Below are positions 11,314 through 23,880 of a DNA stretch of 64,000 nucleotides, in pieces. Source of the stretch: Podarcis tiliguerta (Eukaryota); NCBI GenBank assembly GCA_965153285.1, contig OZ229111.1; one strand, written 5' to 3'. A program made the translations under genes and the position numbers. The notes beneath the pieces are model-generated. The model worked only from the letters and a program-made list of their open reading frames with translations, was not told where the DNA came from and ran no database searches. How positions within the stretch are numbered: position 1 is the stretch's first letter; the number at the start of each line of letters is the position of its first letter.

Positions 11314-14067
11314 CCACTGTATTTATTTCCTCCCCACTATGAATAAGCACTTTTTAAAAAATTACGAACAAGTATTTTGGCCACACGCTGTCTTTTCATT
11401 GATTATGTTGTCACTTACAATAATAAGAGAGTGGTAATTTATAGTAGTGTTATTTTGTTCTCTTTTGCTGACTGCGTCATTAAAATGCCGCTGGCTGAAT
11501 GTGGGATTCTGCAGCTCACTCGTTCTCTGTCCCTTGCTGTGGATATTCATTCTGGATTTTCTGGACATAGCTGTGCTTTCGTGTCAGGTTGTCGGGGGTC
11601 AGTGGTTTCGTGTGTGGGCGTGCAGGTACTATTTTTAGTATATATTTGTGCCTGCTCCTGCCTGGATCCACTCTAGTCAATGTGCTTGGATTCAAGGATT
11701 GTCATTAGTGATGATGTGCAATATCACCACTGAGCGCAATATGGCTCTTTTCGCAGTAGGTGGGTTTTCTTTTACAATTATTGCTTGCTCATGGAAATCA
11801 GGTACAAAAGGGGCAGATGCCATCTTGAGTTGCTTTCACAACAGCAAGTATTTTGAGGACAGGGAAAGGTCAAGAGTGTTGCTTTCTGTGCAACTCTGGT
11901 TATACTCCATGCAGGGCCCTTATCCATTTTTGCTCAGCCCACCTTGCTAAGCAAGACATGTATTAATTTGAAGTAAATCAGTGTATATATCAAAGATTAG
12001 CAAAAGCTGTGAGCTAAATGCCCTGTGTACATTTTTCATCTTTATGATGGTTTCTAAACCCTAATGGTTCTGAAGCAGATGTTTGTATGGTACATGACTC
12101 AGAGTAGGAAGGATCTACTTTCTGGTATCACTAATCTCGGCTACTTGTAAACACATCAAATTCTCTGGAGCCATGTAGTGCTATGCCATTGTGAAGGATG
12201 GCCCAGAGTTTCAGGTGGAGATTATGCATGAGGATTTGTGAATCAACAAATACTGCAGATCCTCAATGATTGTGGGGTTTAAATAGGTTTGCCATATTCC
12301 AAAATGTAATAACCAGGACACACCAAAAGTTGTTGAGCTTTTATTAGGAAGACCCCAAAATTGTTAAGCTTTTTAAAGGAAACCCCCCCTTCTTCTTTTT
12401 TTTACAAAAACTCTCGCAAACATGCTGTTGAATAAGCCTCATTTGAGTGTTCAGCTTACTCTAATAGCGTCCGAAGTCAAGAAGTGGTGAGTTTTGAGAT
12501 GGAGATCCATGGGCTGCTAATGAGGATGTCCCAAAGTCTTAGATGTAGGGACAGGAGAGAAAGTACATTTATTTCTCATTTAAAGGTGAACCTACCTAAT
12601 TTGCACATTCCAAAACACTATGCAAACTGAAACATTGCGATTCTTTTGAAATTCACACTTCTGTGAATTTTGCAATTTACTTCTCCAACCGAGTAATGTG
12701 TACAGAAATGCATGTACTAAGATAAATTGTGCATTGAAATCCATATATTATTGCAATTAACATAAAAAATGCATTGAATTAAGAAAATAGGCTTTGCAAG
12801 ACATGAATTAGGGGAAATTGCATACAAAAAGATTAGGAGAGATTTGTACTAAAATCATGAACTTTCATGAGGACTTTTATTTTTTTTAAAAAAAATGCAA
12901 ACTGGTGTGAAAATTCAGAAAACTGACTTTAAGATTTTATAAATGAGAAACCAAGGGAGATCAAAATGGACAGATTTCCCCATTCCTTGCTATATTGAAG
13001 GAGGGAGCTATTGGGAGATAGACCAGAGTTGATCTGATTAGCTTCCCTAACCACTTTAAAATGTTTAGCTTGGGTTTGCTCACTGGTCTGTGCAACTATG
13101 AAGCATACGATTCTATGATCCTCCTGCTGGATTCAAACTATCTTCTTGTTTTCTCTATGCATTTATCGTCTGCCTATTTTGCAGGAATGAGCCTCCCATA
13201 AAGCCACATCTTTAAATAATGATGCATTCCCATTTATGGCTTGGCGCATGAATCCCATTTTGCTGCATGTGAGTTTACTGCCACCTTTCCTGCTATGTGC
13301 CAGCATTCTTTTGCCAAGTGATCAAAAGTCTGGCATCATTTTTGTCACCTCCCCATCTATTCCTGCCTATTCTCTTTACCTACCACAGAGCTTGTGTGAA
13401 TTATCCATTTAAACCCCTGAGCAAGAACAGCTGAATAAATTAGATTGATATGGGGGAGAAGGGAACACAGTGCTCTATAGATTTTGTATTACCAACACTC
13501 AATTTACTTGCTGTTTAAACAGGAGTTATTCTTATTAAAGATTTGCTGCTGGAACCCTAATGGAATTAAATCAATGTTAATGGTAGCTGTTGGAATGGTT
13601 AATCATCATGATAGCTGATTTTCAAAAATGTACTTCCTGTTTTGTATTGGGAGTAATTAGCTTAATAAGACTCTAATGAGAGCATGTCAACACATAGCCA
13701 AAATTAGTGGAAATGGTTCTGGTGTGTAAGATAAAGAAATAAGAGATATAAAGAATGCATATAATGACAAAGAAATCAGTGGACACCCATATTTAAAATA
13801 AGCAAGTTTCAACCTTGTTTAGGTAAGGGGGCTTCCTAGTCAAATAACTCTTGGTTTGGACTTTTACAAAGGGATTAGGAACTTCTGTGGAAGAATTTTT
13901 ATACAGTTGGGGTGAGGAGTGGTTGGACTCAGAGCTTTGTTTAGCAAATTCACATGTAAGACATTGTATGATAATACACACCAGTAGTAACTGGTGATGT
14001 CTGATACAGTAATTTTTCCACTATCAATTATATATGCTTATTTTGCCTCCCAGTACTTTTCTAAAAA

Positions 14068-14196
14068 GGAACGCGGGTGGCGCTGTGGGTTAAACCGCAG
14101 AGCCTAGGACTTGCCGATCAGAAGGTCGGCGGTTCGAATCCCCGTGATGGGGTGAGCTCCCGTTGCTTGGTCCCTGCTCCTGCCAACCTAGCAGTT
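14068..14196 (+). mobile_element. Sauria SINE 5' half (3'-truncated)
   Basis: gcgggtggcgctgtgggttaaacc...ggcggttcgaatcccc...cctgccaacctagcagtt matches the recalled Sauria SINE head; CpGs retained. Confidence 0.85.
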
Positions 14197-16345
14197 GCAA
14201 CCTTGGTTTTATCAGCTCTCTACGCAACTGAGCTATCCGTCTCTAATAATATCTGCTCTTACGTTTTCCATAAAGCTGATGGCTCCTTAGGCATTTGGTT
14301 TTCTTACAGACTACTCTGTTTCTCTGGTCTGTGCTTTTCATTCTTCTCATATAATTCCCCTTGCGTCTTGTGTTATTCCCATTTCACACCGACTTCCTAT
14401 GAGAGGAAGGCTTGGTTGCCTCTGCTGTTCATAAAACTTGACAGCAAGTCAGTGCTAATTTGAGACATCTTAGGTGCATGTGATATTGTGCTGGCAACAT
14501 ATGGGGTTTGCCACTGATGCCAGGCTACATTGGTAGAATTTAAAAGCATGATGGATTAGAAACTATGGTTATGCATCTCCAGAGGGACAGCCCAGTTGCC
14601 CTAAGTCTCACTGCCGCCACCACCAGCTGGGGGCAGGGAGCTTGAGGCATGGTTCAAAGAGGATGCAAACAATATACAGTACATCTCTCATCAAAAAACC
14701 AAATGCAGCTAACCAATATTATGCCATAAACAGATGAGGTCACTTTCAGTGCAAACATAGCTTCTGGTGAGGGAAAGTATACAAGAACCTGTTTGCCTGT
14801 TTTTCAACTTCATACCTGTGTTTAGGATGCAGGTTGCTTAAAAACAAGCCTCCGTCTCCTTTTCTTTAGCAGGTCTTAGCGGTGCTGTTGCAGGTGATTC
14901 AGCTGAGATGCTGGCTTTGTGTGATCCTCCTTTGAAAGCACTTTGTGCTGCCATCTTTTCCCCTACTGCCCTCCACCCCACCCTACCCCCTGCCTTGTTC
15001 AACAGAGCTACATACACAGCATGCCACCAGCATCCCATTGATCCCTTCCAGAGAGAGAAAAAGCATCATGGAACAGAACTTTAAAAGCACCCTTCCCTCT
15101 GTATCTCACACACATGCATGATAGAGCCTCGTTGTTTCTTGCTGACTCCAGGCATTTCCGATGTAGAAAGCAGTCAGCATTAGAGGAAGCTTTACCTGTA
15201 TTTCCAAACCAGTTTCAGCAGAGGAGCTACACAGAAAGAAAGGAAGACTGATTTCTTCCTGGGTATATTTTCCAACTTCTAATACAGAGCTAAGTTTGAA
15301 ATATAGTTTAGATTAACCAGACACCAATGACATTAAAGCAGCTTACGCTCCTTCCAGGTCTATGGGGGTAGGTCTGCATTGGTTGGCATTTTTGTTATAT
15401 TGCTAGGATAATATTATTCCTGAAGTCTCAGTAAAAAAAATAATGAATCGAGGCTCAAATTTATGCTACAAGAGCTGTTGTGGTGTGGAGAAGGCCCTGG
15501 AGGGATGGAGCATGCCACCCGTCATATCCAGTTGTGTGCTGTTCCATCTGCCTTTTAGCTACAGAATACATTGCAGTGCACTTTTGATGAAGTTTTGGAG
15601 AAGGGCATCCAAATATGCTTTCCTGGAAGCCAAGCTGAAAACCAGAGTCTGGATTGACTGTGCCACTCAAATGTGGATCTCTGCTTCTGCAGAATGAGGC
15701 ATCCATTTAAACAGAGGCCAAAGGCACTGGCCCAGCATTAGCTGTGGCACACTGATATGCAGTTCAGAGCTTGATTTCAGACTACCTCCTTTGTGACAGA
15801 GGCAGCGTTTCCTCCAGGATGTTTGCAACAATGAGGGTGATTGACCCTGGCTTTCAGCATATCTAGAATCCATTGCTTTCACCACCAACCCAAGTTGTCC
15901 CAGGCAGCTGCATACATTTGGCATTAGGAGGCAGAGCTTCTGCATCAGCAGGCATGGCTTCCTATATGGGCCCTGGAGCCTCTCGTTCTACAAATCCAGA
16001 CACAGACCATCAAATAGATTTTGCATTAGTGAAATATTTTTGGCAGATGGTGAAAGAAAGAAAAATGTTTGATTTTGGTGAAAATAAACAGGGTTTAAAT
16101 AAATGGACTGGGTTGCTGTACTGAGTGAGCAAGTTATTGCCAAGGAGATCCTGTGGCATGCTCTTTCCAACCCAGGTAAGATAGGAAGTGTCAACTTCAG
16201 CTTTTGTGCTGGCCTTCAGAAAGCACATTTTCTAATACAGGCTTAGAACAATACTGGCAGTCCAGAATGTTAAACATTGAAGGCTCCTGTACTAAGATTT
16301 GAGAAGAGAAGCATATTTACATATGTAATGAATGCTTTGATACAG

Positions 16346-16464
16346 CAGGGGTGGCCAGCCCAGTGTCCTCCAGATGTTATGGATGCACTAGAAATCAAAT
16401 TTCCATCTGCTTCAGCCAGCTTGGTCAGTGGTCAGGGAAGATGCCGCACATTCCCCCACCCCTG
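16346..16464. mobile_element. hAT-like MITE (family A)
   Basis: Termini caggggtgg / ccacccctg. Confidence 0.65.
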
Positions 16465-16684
16465 CTGTGTAGCCTTGCTTTAAGGAGCCACTCTGCCCTG
16501 CATTATCTTGTAGGAAAGCGAGGCAATGAGCAGACCTGGGTGCGTTCTAGTGCGGCCATGTTGTGGGTAAGCCTGCTGATTCATACTGAAAGAAGGAAAT
16601 CTTTTTAAAAGGAAGTCTCAAAACCACCTGGAACTGGACTCAGCTTTCCTGAAGAAGGATGAGGGAATGCCGAGAGGAGGAAAA

Positions 16685-16895
16685 CAGGGCGCCCTCCCTG
16701 TGGAACACCCTCCCACCAGATGTCAAAGAGAACAACAACTACCAGGCTTTTAGAAGACATCTGAAGGCAGCCCTGTTTAGGGAAGCTTTTAATGTTTGAT
16801 GTATTACTGTATTTTAATATTTTTTAGGAAGCCGCCCAGAGTGGCTGGGGAAGCCCAGCCAGATGGGCGGGGTACAAATAAATTATTATTATTAA
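16685..16895 (+). mobile_element. L2-type LINE 3' end
   Basis: ctgtggaacaccctccc...aagccgcccagagtggctgggg...gggcggggtacaaataaa followed by a (tta)n tail. Confidence 0.7.
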
Positions 16896-17374
16896 TTATC
16901 ATCATCTTTAAAACAGGCTCAGATTATGAATACATAAAAAAGCAATTCTTTTACAATTCTTTTAGCAACAAGATGCCAGTATTGAGCAACATGAACTTAG
17001 CACCATCCTTCCCTCCTCTCCATTCCCATCTGTTGATGGAGAAACTTGTTTGTCCCACTTTGAGTGTGACCATCCCTTGAAGAGGTTCTGAGAAAGAGGT
17101 CCAGGGCTGAGCCTTAGGGAAGCTTTTATTTTCACACAGAGCAGACTGTTCTGAAAACACACATGTCAACAGTTTAGGAAGTGGTATTCTTAGCAGGATG
17201 CTGAGGGCGGGTGGCGGGGAGTGAAAGATCCCAGAAGACACCAAAGAAAAAGCCCAGTGAAGATGCCTTTTATTTTCCAAAATTAATTATCATGAATGTC
17301 ATTTGCAACTGATTCTGTAAAAAAGAAAAAAAAGGAGAACCAATCAGAAAAGTTACGGATGCATTCAGATAGCT

Positions 17375-17508
17375 CAGCCTTCTGTGACCTGGTACCCTCT
17401 AGATATTTTTCGACTCCTTCAACCCTAGCCAGCATGGCTAATGGTTAAGGATGATGGGAGTTGTAGTCCAACAACAACTGCTGGATGGGACCAGGTTGGT
17501 AAAAGCTG
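17375..17508. mobile_element. hAT-like MITE (family A)
   Basis: Termini cagcctt / aaagctg, with an 8-bp TSD agatagct / agatagat (7 of 8 match). Confidence 0.7.
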
Positions 17509-20500
17509 AGATAGATTGAAAATTGTTGGAAGACACACCCCAAATAATATAAATCCTACAGAGAAAAAGCTAGGAGACAATGGAAGACATATCTGAGGAT
17601 GTGGCTTCTATTACTAGAACAGCAAGACACATTTTTTAATTCCTGCAGAGCTCTCTATAATGGAAGGAAGGGAAGAGTTTATGCAAATGACCAATGCTTT
17701 GCAGACGATTGCCTAAACCTTCTCTGAAGTTAAATTAGAAGAACCCTATAGAAATGCTGCAAGTGTACTGTACTTTCAAGCTGTACTCCAAAGACATTTG
17801 AGAACTCTGTAAAAACCCAAAAGCACACTGCAAATGGCCAACCACATGGGTGTGATAAGGAGAAAAAAGGATATTCAGAAGACATATCACCACTTGGCTG
17901 GAGGGGAAGTGATACCAATAGAAACTCTGGCATCTTAAATAAAATGGAAGAAGACGAAAAAATAAAAATGTCGATCATTTCTAGTGTGTCTATGTGTCTG
18001 AATGCCTTTTTAATTGGGAAATAGAGTTGGAGCGTTTCAGCTCCTTGTTTGTCCCAGTTAGGGAGGGAGAGAAATTGAAGACAAACATCAAAATGAGAGC
18101 TTGGAGTTGCAAAGCCCTTTTGGAGGCAGGATCTTGAAAAGATAGTGAGTGACAGTTCCCACCCCCCACCCCAGTGGTTGCATGACTTATTCCCTCAGCC
18201 TCTGAACAACTCCAACCACCATCTGTGGCCTGGGCTGACATCTAAGCGAGATGCAGAATTACTTTCCTCCAACTTAGTGGTTGGAAATGGCTTTTCGTCA
18301 TTGTGCAGGCCTGATTGAATTGTAGGAATGGCTGATTAAATTAATGCCAGAACCAAATAAGATGCAACAGTAGCAGGGAATTAGCTTTAAGAAGGTCCTA
18401 GTGACTAAGCACCAGTCTCTCCATCAGGATGATTTAATGAGTTTAGATGAGAACAAGCCTAGAGGGTTATGGCACCCCTGTGTAGCTTTGCAATCAGGTG
18501 GGAACATTAAGCAAGCTTAGCGCTGTCAGAAGATGCCAGATGGACGGTTGTGGAGATTGAGGTCTATTCTTTTTAACCTTAGAACAGGTTTAGCTTGTAC
18601 AGCTGTAATGGAAGTTTTTGTGGTACTTCTCTGCCAAATGGCCGCAGCCCAAATATTGATATTGCCTCTTTTTTGGACCTGTTCCTTTCCAGAAGTGGAT
18701 CCTACTAATCCCTTTTATCCAGCCCCAGTCCTGTAAAGAAGTTGGACTACCATTTTTCAAAGGTCTGGGCTTTACTGGTCCAGACTTTGACATGAGGTTA
18801 ACTCTAAATTTATTCTGCAAAGTAAATTACAACAAATACCCTACATACTGATTTGGGAAGGGGGCAGAAATCACCCATCTGGAAAAAATAAAACCGCAGT
18901 TTTCTGTGTCTTTCTCAGCAGTGCTTGAATTGTTTCTGGCAGAGTTGTTTTGCGCTTTTAGCTAAAAGTAAATCACTGGTCCAGTTATTTCCATGGATAA
19001 CCCTTCACAAATTATCATTGCTTCCTTGCTGTCCGTAATTCAATTTTTGAATAGTTCACCAGGACTTCTTCTTTTGTGTCTCCCTTATGCTTTATCCAAG
19101 ACCTTATACCTATTCCATGTTGGGAAGAGATTTAGAGTTTTGTATATGTTGTTTGTTTCTTGTTCTTATATACTTGAAACTGTAATAGAAATAAATTTAT
19201 AGGAGAAGGTTGTACATATTGCTGTCATGGAAAAACTTGACATCAGCGTGTGCTGCAGTGAACTGCAGAGCCTGAGGAATGTGTGGATATTTAGTGGACC
19301 TTTTTTGCATATCTTAATAATCACCCCATCTTAACATTGTCCCTGCAAAGTATGAATTCATTTGGAAGTAGCTTTCACTGGTATTTTCCTCATTTGCCTT
19401 TCTAATCCATGACTTACCTCATTTGTCTATTCCTTCCCCCTTACAATAATATGCAAATGCTCTTTCATTGATGGTAGGTTTTATATATATATATGTTTGT
19501 GCATGTGTCTATTCAGTATTGTAAAATTTATATCTACGTTACTTTTTTCCTTTTGTACACCTACTATGTCCATGATGCATTTTTGTTTTATTTTTTGGTC
19601 TTTCCCTTTTTCCTTTCTTAAAAAAATACTGTATTGTATCTCCATTGAATTAAAAATAAACAGTTTTTTAAATTATATTTTCATAATTAAAAAAATAGCT
19701 TATCATGAGCATTTTCAGGGATCAGTGTCAGCCCTAGTAACATAAAATGAAATCTGTTTCTTTTTGGTGCTCTTAACTTCTTTCTTTAAAATCAAATATC
19801 GCTAAATGATGAGTCAGTAAAATGTTGTTTGGTATTTCCTAAGGAATAGTTGAAATTCCTCCTCACCCGCCCCTTCCTTCTTTTGTATCTTTCCTTCAGA
19901 ATCCTTCGTTACCATGGTAATGGTTTCAGGCCGTGTTTGCGTTTCAGTGTTTTTTAATAACTGGGAAGTTCCGGGTGCAAAGCGGGCAGAATCATTTGGG
20001 TCACTGGGGGCTTTCTGTCTGATCATCCTCGTTCATCTCTCTGCTTTGTGGCAGGGCCAATTTTGTTAATGTTAAAGGGATAAGAATAAAATCCTCTTTG
20101 GGACTTGGTGTTCTTTGTTGAAACATCTTAGGATGAAGGGGAAGAGGTGGAGCTGGGCAATAGAGTCAGTTTAGGCTGCCTGATTCCAGCTATTCTTATC
20201 AACACACTGTGTTGGATGGAAGGTGTGGGGAAACGAAGTTTAAATTTCGGAGGAACTAATAAAACCCCCAGATATAACCAAGTGGCGGTTTTCATTCTTT
20301 TGCCATTTAGATCTGCAAAGTAACAGAACAGAATTTTGAAACTTTGGTTGCAGCTTCCCTAGAAATCCCTAAAAGCCAGATGACACTACAGACAACCTCA
20401 AAATATTAAGAAGTGAAGCTTCGTTAAAATAACTGGAACTCTTCACTCCAAAATTATTAATTGTGCCTGCTGTTTGGGGTGAACAATGATGGGGATCAAT

Positions 20501-22648
20501 GATGTGCCATAGATAGAACTTTATCGGCTATAGTAGGGGCCGCCAAAGTGGCGCATGTGGACATACACCCAGAGAGGTGTATGTCCATATTCCTTGCCAC
20601 CCACGGTGTCCCCTCCTCCCACTGAAATTATGATTGAAATAAGCATTCTGTTGTAGCCAAGGTGGTGGTGTGTGCTTGATTGCAGTGTGTGTGGTGCCCA
20701 TGATAGCTCCTCGTGGGTTTTTTGCAAATGGGCCCCAAAATATTGGAGACCCCCTGGGGATGATGTTCTGGTGATGATCCCATTTCCGACATATAGCAAG
20801 CCAACAGGTGTTGCATGACTAGGTTAATTGATGCTCTGTGTAGTGGTGATGGCTGTTCTAAATGACACACCGTTGACCGCATATGGTGGTTACATACCCT
20901 GGGTCTGCTTATGATGCTAGCAGGGTCAGGCCAGGCTGTGGAAGCCGCTGAGGTGCAGCCCCTCAGGACACCCTGCCCACCCCACCACCGACTTTCGGTG
21001 AGATATCTCCAGAAATCGGCACCGATGCCGGCACCACCAGAGGCAGTGGGGGGTGGGCAGTGCAGGCAGCAGTGGCAGGACAGGAGTTTCCATTTTGCAC
21101 CATGCCTAGATAGCAGAGTACCCTGTCCTGTAGGTTTTTGTTTTTTTTGGGGGGGGGTGCAACTATGTATGCAGTGAGACTTCAGATATTTTTATCAAGT
21201 CCTAACCCACGTTATTAGATATCTACAAAAAGTCAGTAAAGTGTTCTGGATTTCCTTGCTTTCTCAAACAACTTCTAGGTTTGCAGAATCCTCACCTGCT
21301 CCCCTCAATGAAAAGAAAGCTTCTCAAATTGATGTGTGTTACAGCCATTCATGAGCACCAAATAGTTGCATTAGTGGAAAAGAATTTGCATTCTGTGGAG
21401 AGCAATGCAGTGCACTGCCTTGCAAATTCTAATGCACTTTCAGCCTCTGTCCTCCTGCCCAATCTCTGCATAGCTTGCACAAGGGTTTGTGCATGTAGCT
21501 GCCAATTTTTTATTTTCCCTGGACAGAAAGTAAATCAGGGAGAATTGGACACAAGAAGAGTTAGGATAATTGTCTGTGCACTAGCAAAACAGCAATATCT
21601 GCATCAGAAATCAAACCTGATGGATTACTGCAGTATCCCTACCATGTGCATTGCCAACACATATATCTGGGTTTGTCTGTGGGCATGGGATATGCACATA
21701 TTTTAGCCTTGTAGTGACGCAGGACCAAGGTAGACTAGAGCTTTGCTCCTTGTGAATAGCTGGCTCTGAGGGGGGCTGCGTCTAATTGAAACCATGGGTA
21801 TACTCCCCATTCCGTGGCACTGGCTCTCCCCCATTCCCTCATCCCTTATTTCTTGAAAAAAAGGAGCTATGCAAAGCTGAACCGTGTAACAAACTGATCG
21901 GACTGATTGGAAGGGTACATGGCTCTTGTGTCCTCCTCACACCGCCACTGAGAAAAAGCGCCCCAGCAACACACACACCCTTCACCCCTGTTCTATTCCA
22001 GGGTACTCTATTCTATTCTCCTCTCACCACTGCTGCCCCAGCAGTCAGTCAGCATTCCATGATCACTGAGCATGCTCAGTCCATATTGGGCTTTTTGTGT
22101 TTCCCTCTCCCTAGGGTCCCCCAACTAATGTATATATTTTTAACCTGGGTGGTGTGTGGGTGCTGCTGTTTTTTTTTTTTCCTACAGAAGGATCCATATT
22201 TGGAGAACAAGCTTGCTATTAGTAAATATAACAATGCTTGGTATTAAATGATATGCAGACGAGAAAAAACATTAGCATGGAAACAACATTTTCTGTGGGC
22301 AGTTTATCTTGTTACATAAGTACCTTGGCTCTGAATATGTCTTGGTAATAAGCTATTTACAGAAAGAGAATCTTTAAGTCAAGAGTTCGGAGTGGTGTTG
22401 ATAGGGAGCTGCATTCCTCTATGTTATATGGATGGAATATATCTCACAGATACACAGAATAATTGTGGTGTTTCATTCTGATGCTCCAAGGGTGTTCTCA
22501 TTTCCCTAAGCTTCTCATCCTGCAGTATTTCAGTATCACTTATCTTACCTTCATTCGGAATATGTATCAACTCCTCATTGGCAAGCAGCTATGTTCCTTA
22601 GAACTCTCCCCCCCCCCTTTTATTTTTTTGTTTCCATACATTTAGAAC

Positions 22649-22779
22649 TAGGATGGGGACCCTGTAGAGCTCCAGATGTTGTTGGGCTATAGGTCCCATC
22701 ATCCATGACCACTGACTATTTTGGCTTGAGCTGATGGGAGTCCAACAATCTCAGGAGAGCCATGGGTTGCCCACCTCTG
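22649..22779. mobile_element. hAT-like MITE (family A)
   Basis: agatgttgttgg...cccatcatc...gatgggagtccaacaatct internal palindrome. Confidence 0.65.
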
Positions 22780-22975
22780 CTTTAAACCTTCATTTGGTCC
22801 TCATCCAAACTTCCACATGCTCATACAAAACATTTTTGTGATTAAAGCACATTGCCTGGTCTAAGCCCTTTAAGTGACAACATGTCAAAGACCCAGTTCT
22901 AACGTCGTGCCGAGACACAATTAAGCAAGGTGACCTTTACTGGGAATGTGATAAGGGGAGTTCAACGTTTCTCCT

Positions 22976-22978
<3 letters not shown>

Positions 22979-23011
<33 letters not shown>
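22979..23011. repeat. (TC)n microsatellite
   Basis: Seen directly in the sequence. Confidence 0.95.
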
Positions 23012-23017
<6 letters not shown>

Positions 23018-23269
23018 TGGTGATGCTACCTTCCTGGTCTGACTATCAGGGACACAGTCTTACAGTGGTCCCATTCCCTACTTACTGGGCTAGATTCAGA
23101 GAGTGCCTTTCTGATCTTCAGTAGTTATGCCATGGGGTGCCGTAGGGCATTATTTTGTCCCCAATGCTGTTTAACAACTACATGTAGCCATTGGGACCAG
23201 ACATTTGCTCAATTTCTCCATGACATGCAGAATAAGGAGAAGACATGCAGAAGCTTGACCAAGGCCTGG

Positions 23270-23880
23270 ATGCAGTGGTGGGTCAGTGAGGGAAAATATA
23301 ACGAGCTTGAATGCTGGAAAGACTGTATGGATGAGTGGTTCTTGTGTTCATGGAATTGGTCAATTGCTTGCTCTGGATGGTGTTGCATTCCCTGTGAAGG
23401 AGCAGGGATCCATCTAGGTGCTGTTGGATCCATATTTGCCACTAGAGGCCCTAGTGGCCTCAATGACTAGAAGCACTTTTTTCAGCTGGTATGACATCTG
23501 TGATAATTCCTGGACTGGGATAGCTTAACCACAGTAATTCAGGCATTGGTAGGTTGCAATGGACTCCATGTGGAGCTTCCAGAATTGATCCTTAAGATGC
23601 AGTTACTGCAAAGTGATTACTGATACTAGTGAGCGTCTGTCAGCATGTTATACCTGTGCTCACTGGCTGCCCATTTGCTACCAGGCCAAGTTTTACTATT
23701 GGTATATAAAGCCTTTAATGGCTTGAGACCAGTTTACTTAAGACTTCGCCTTGCCCCAAACATGCCTATTCAGTTATTCGTTCTGCAAAAGTTGCACTTT
23801 AACAAGTGCCACATAATGTCTGTTCTGCAATTGTGAGAAGCCTTTTGCCTTCTGTATGGAACTTCAGCCCTAGATGACTT
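23270..23880 (+). mobile_element. Highly degraded L2-type LINE fragment
   Basis: Remnants such as cactggctgcccattt...tataaagcctttaatggcttgagacc, similar to the reverse complement of 6700-7400. Boundaries approximate. Confidence 0.55.

Noticed and set aside
22065-22080. Perfect 16-bp palindrome ACTGAGCATGCTCAGT
   Set aside because: Isolated, likely within a decayed repeat, and with no supporting context.
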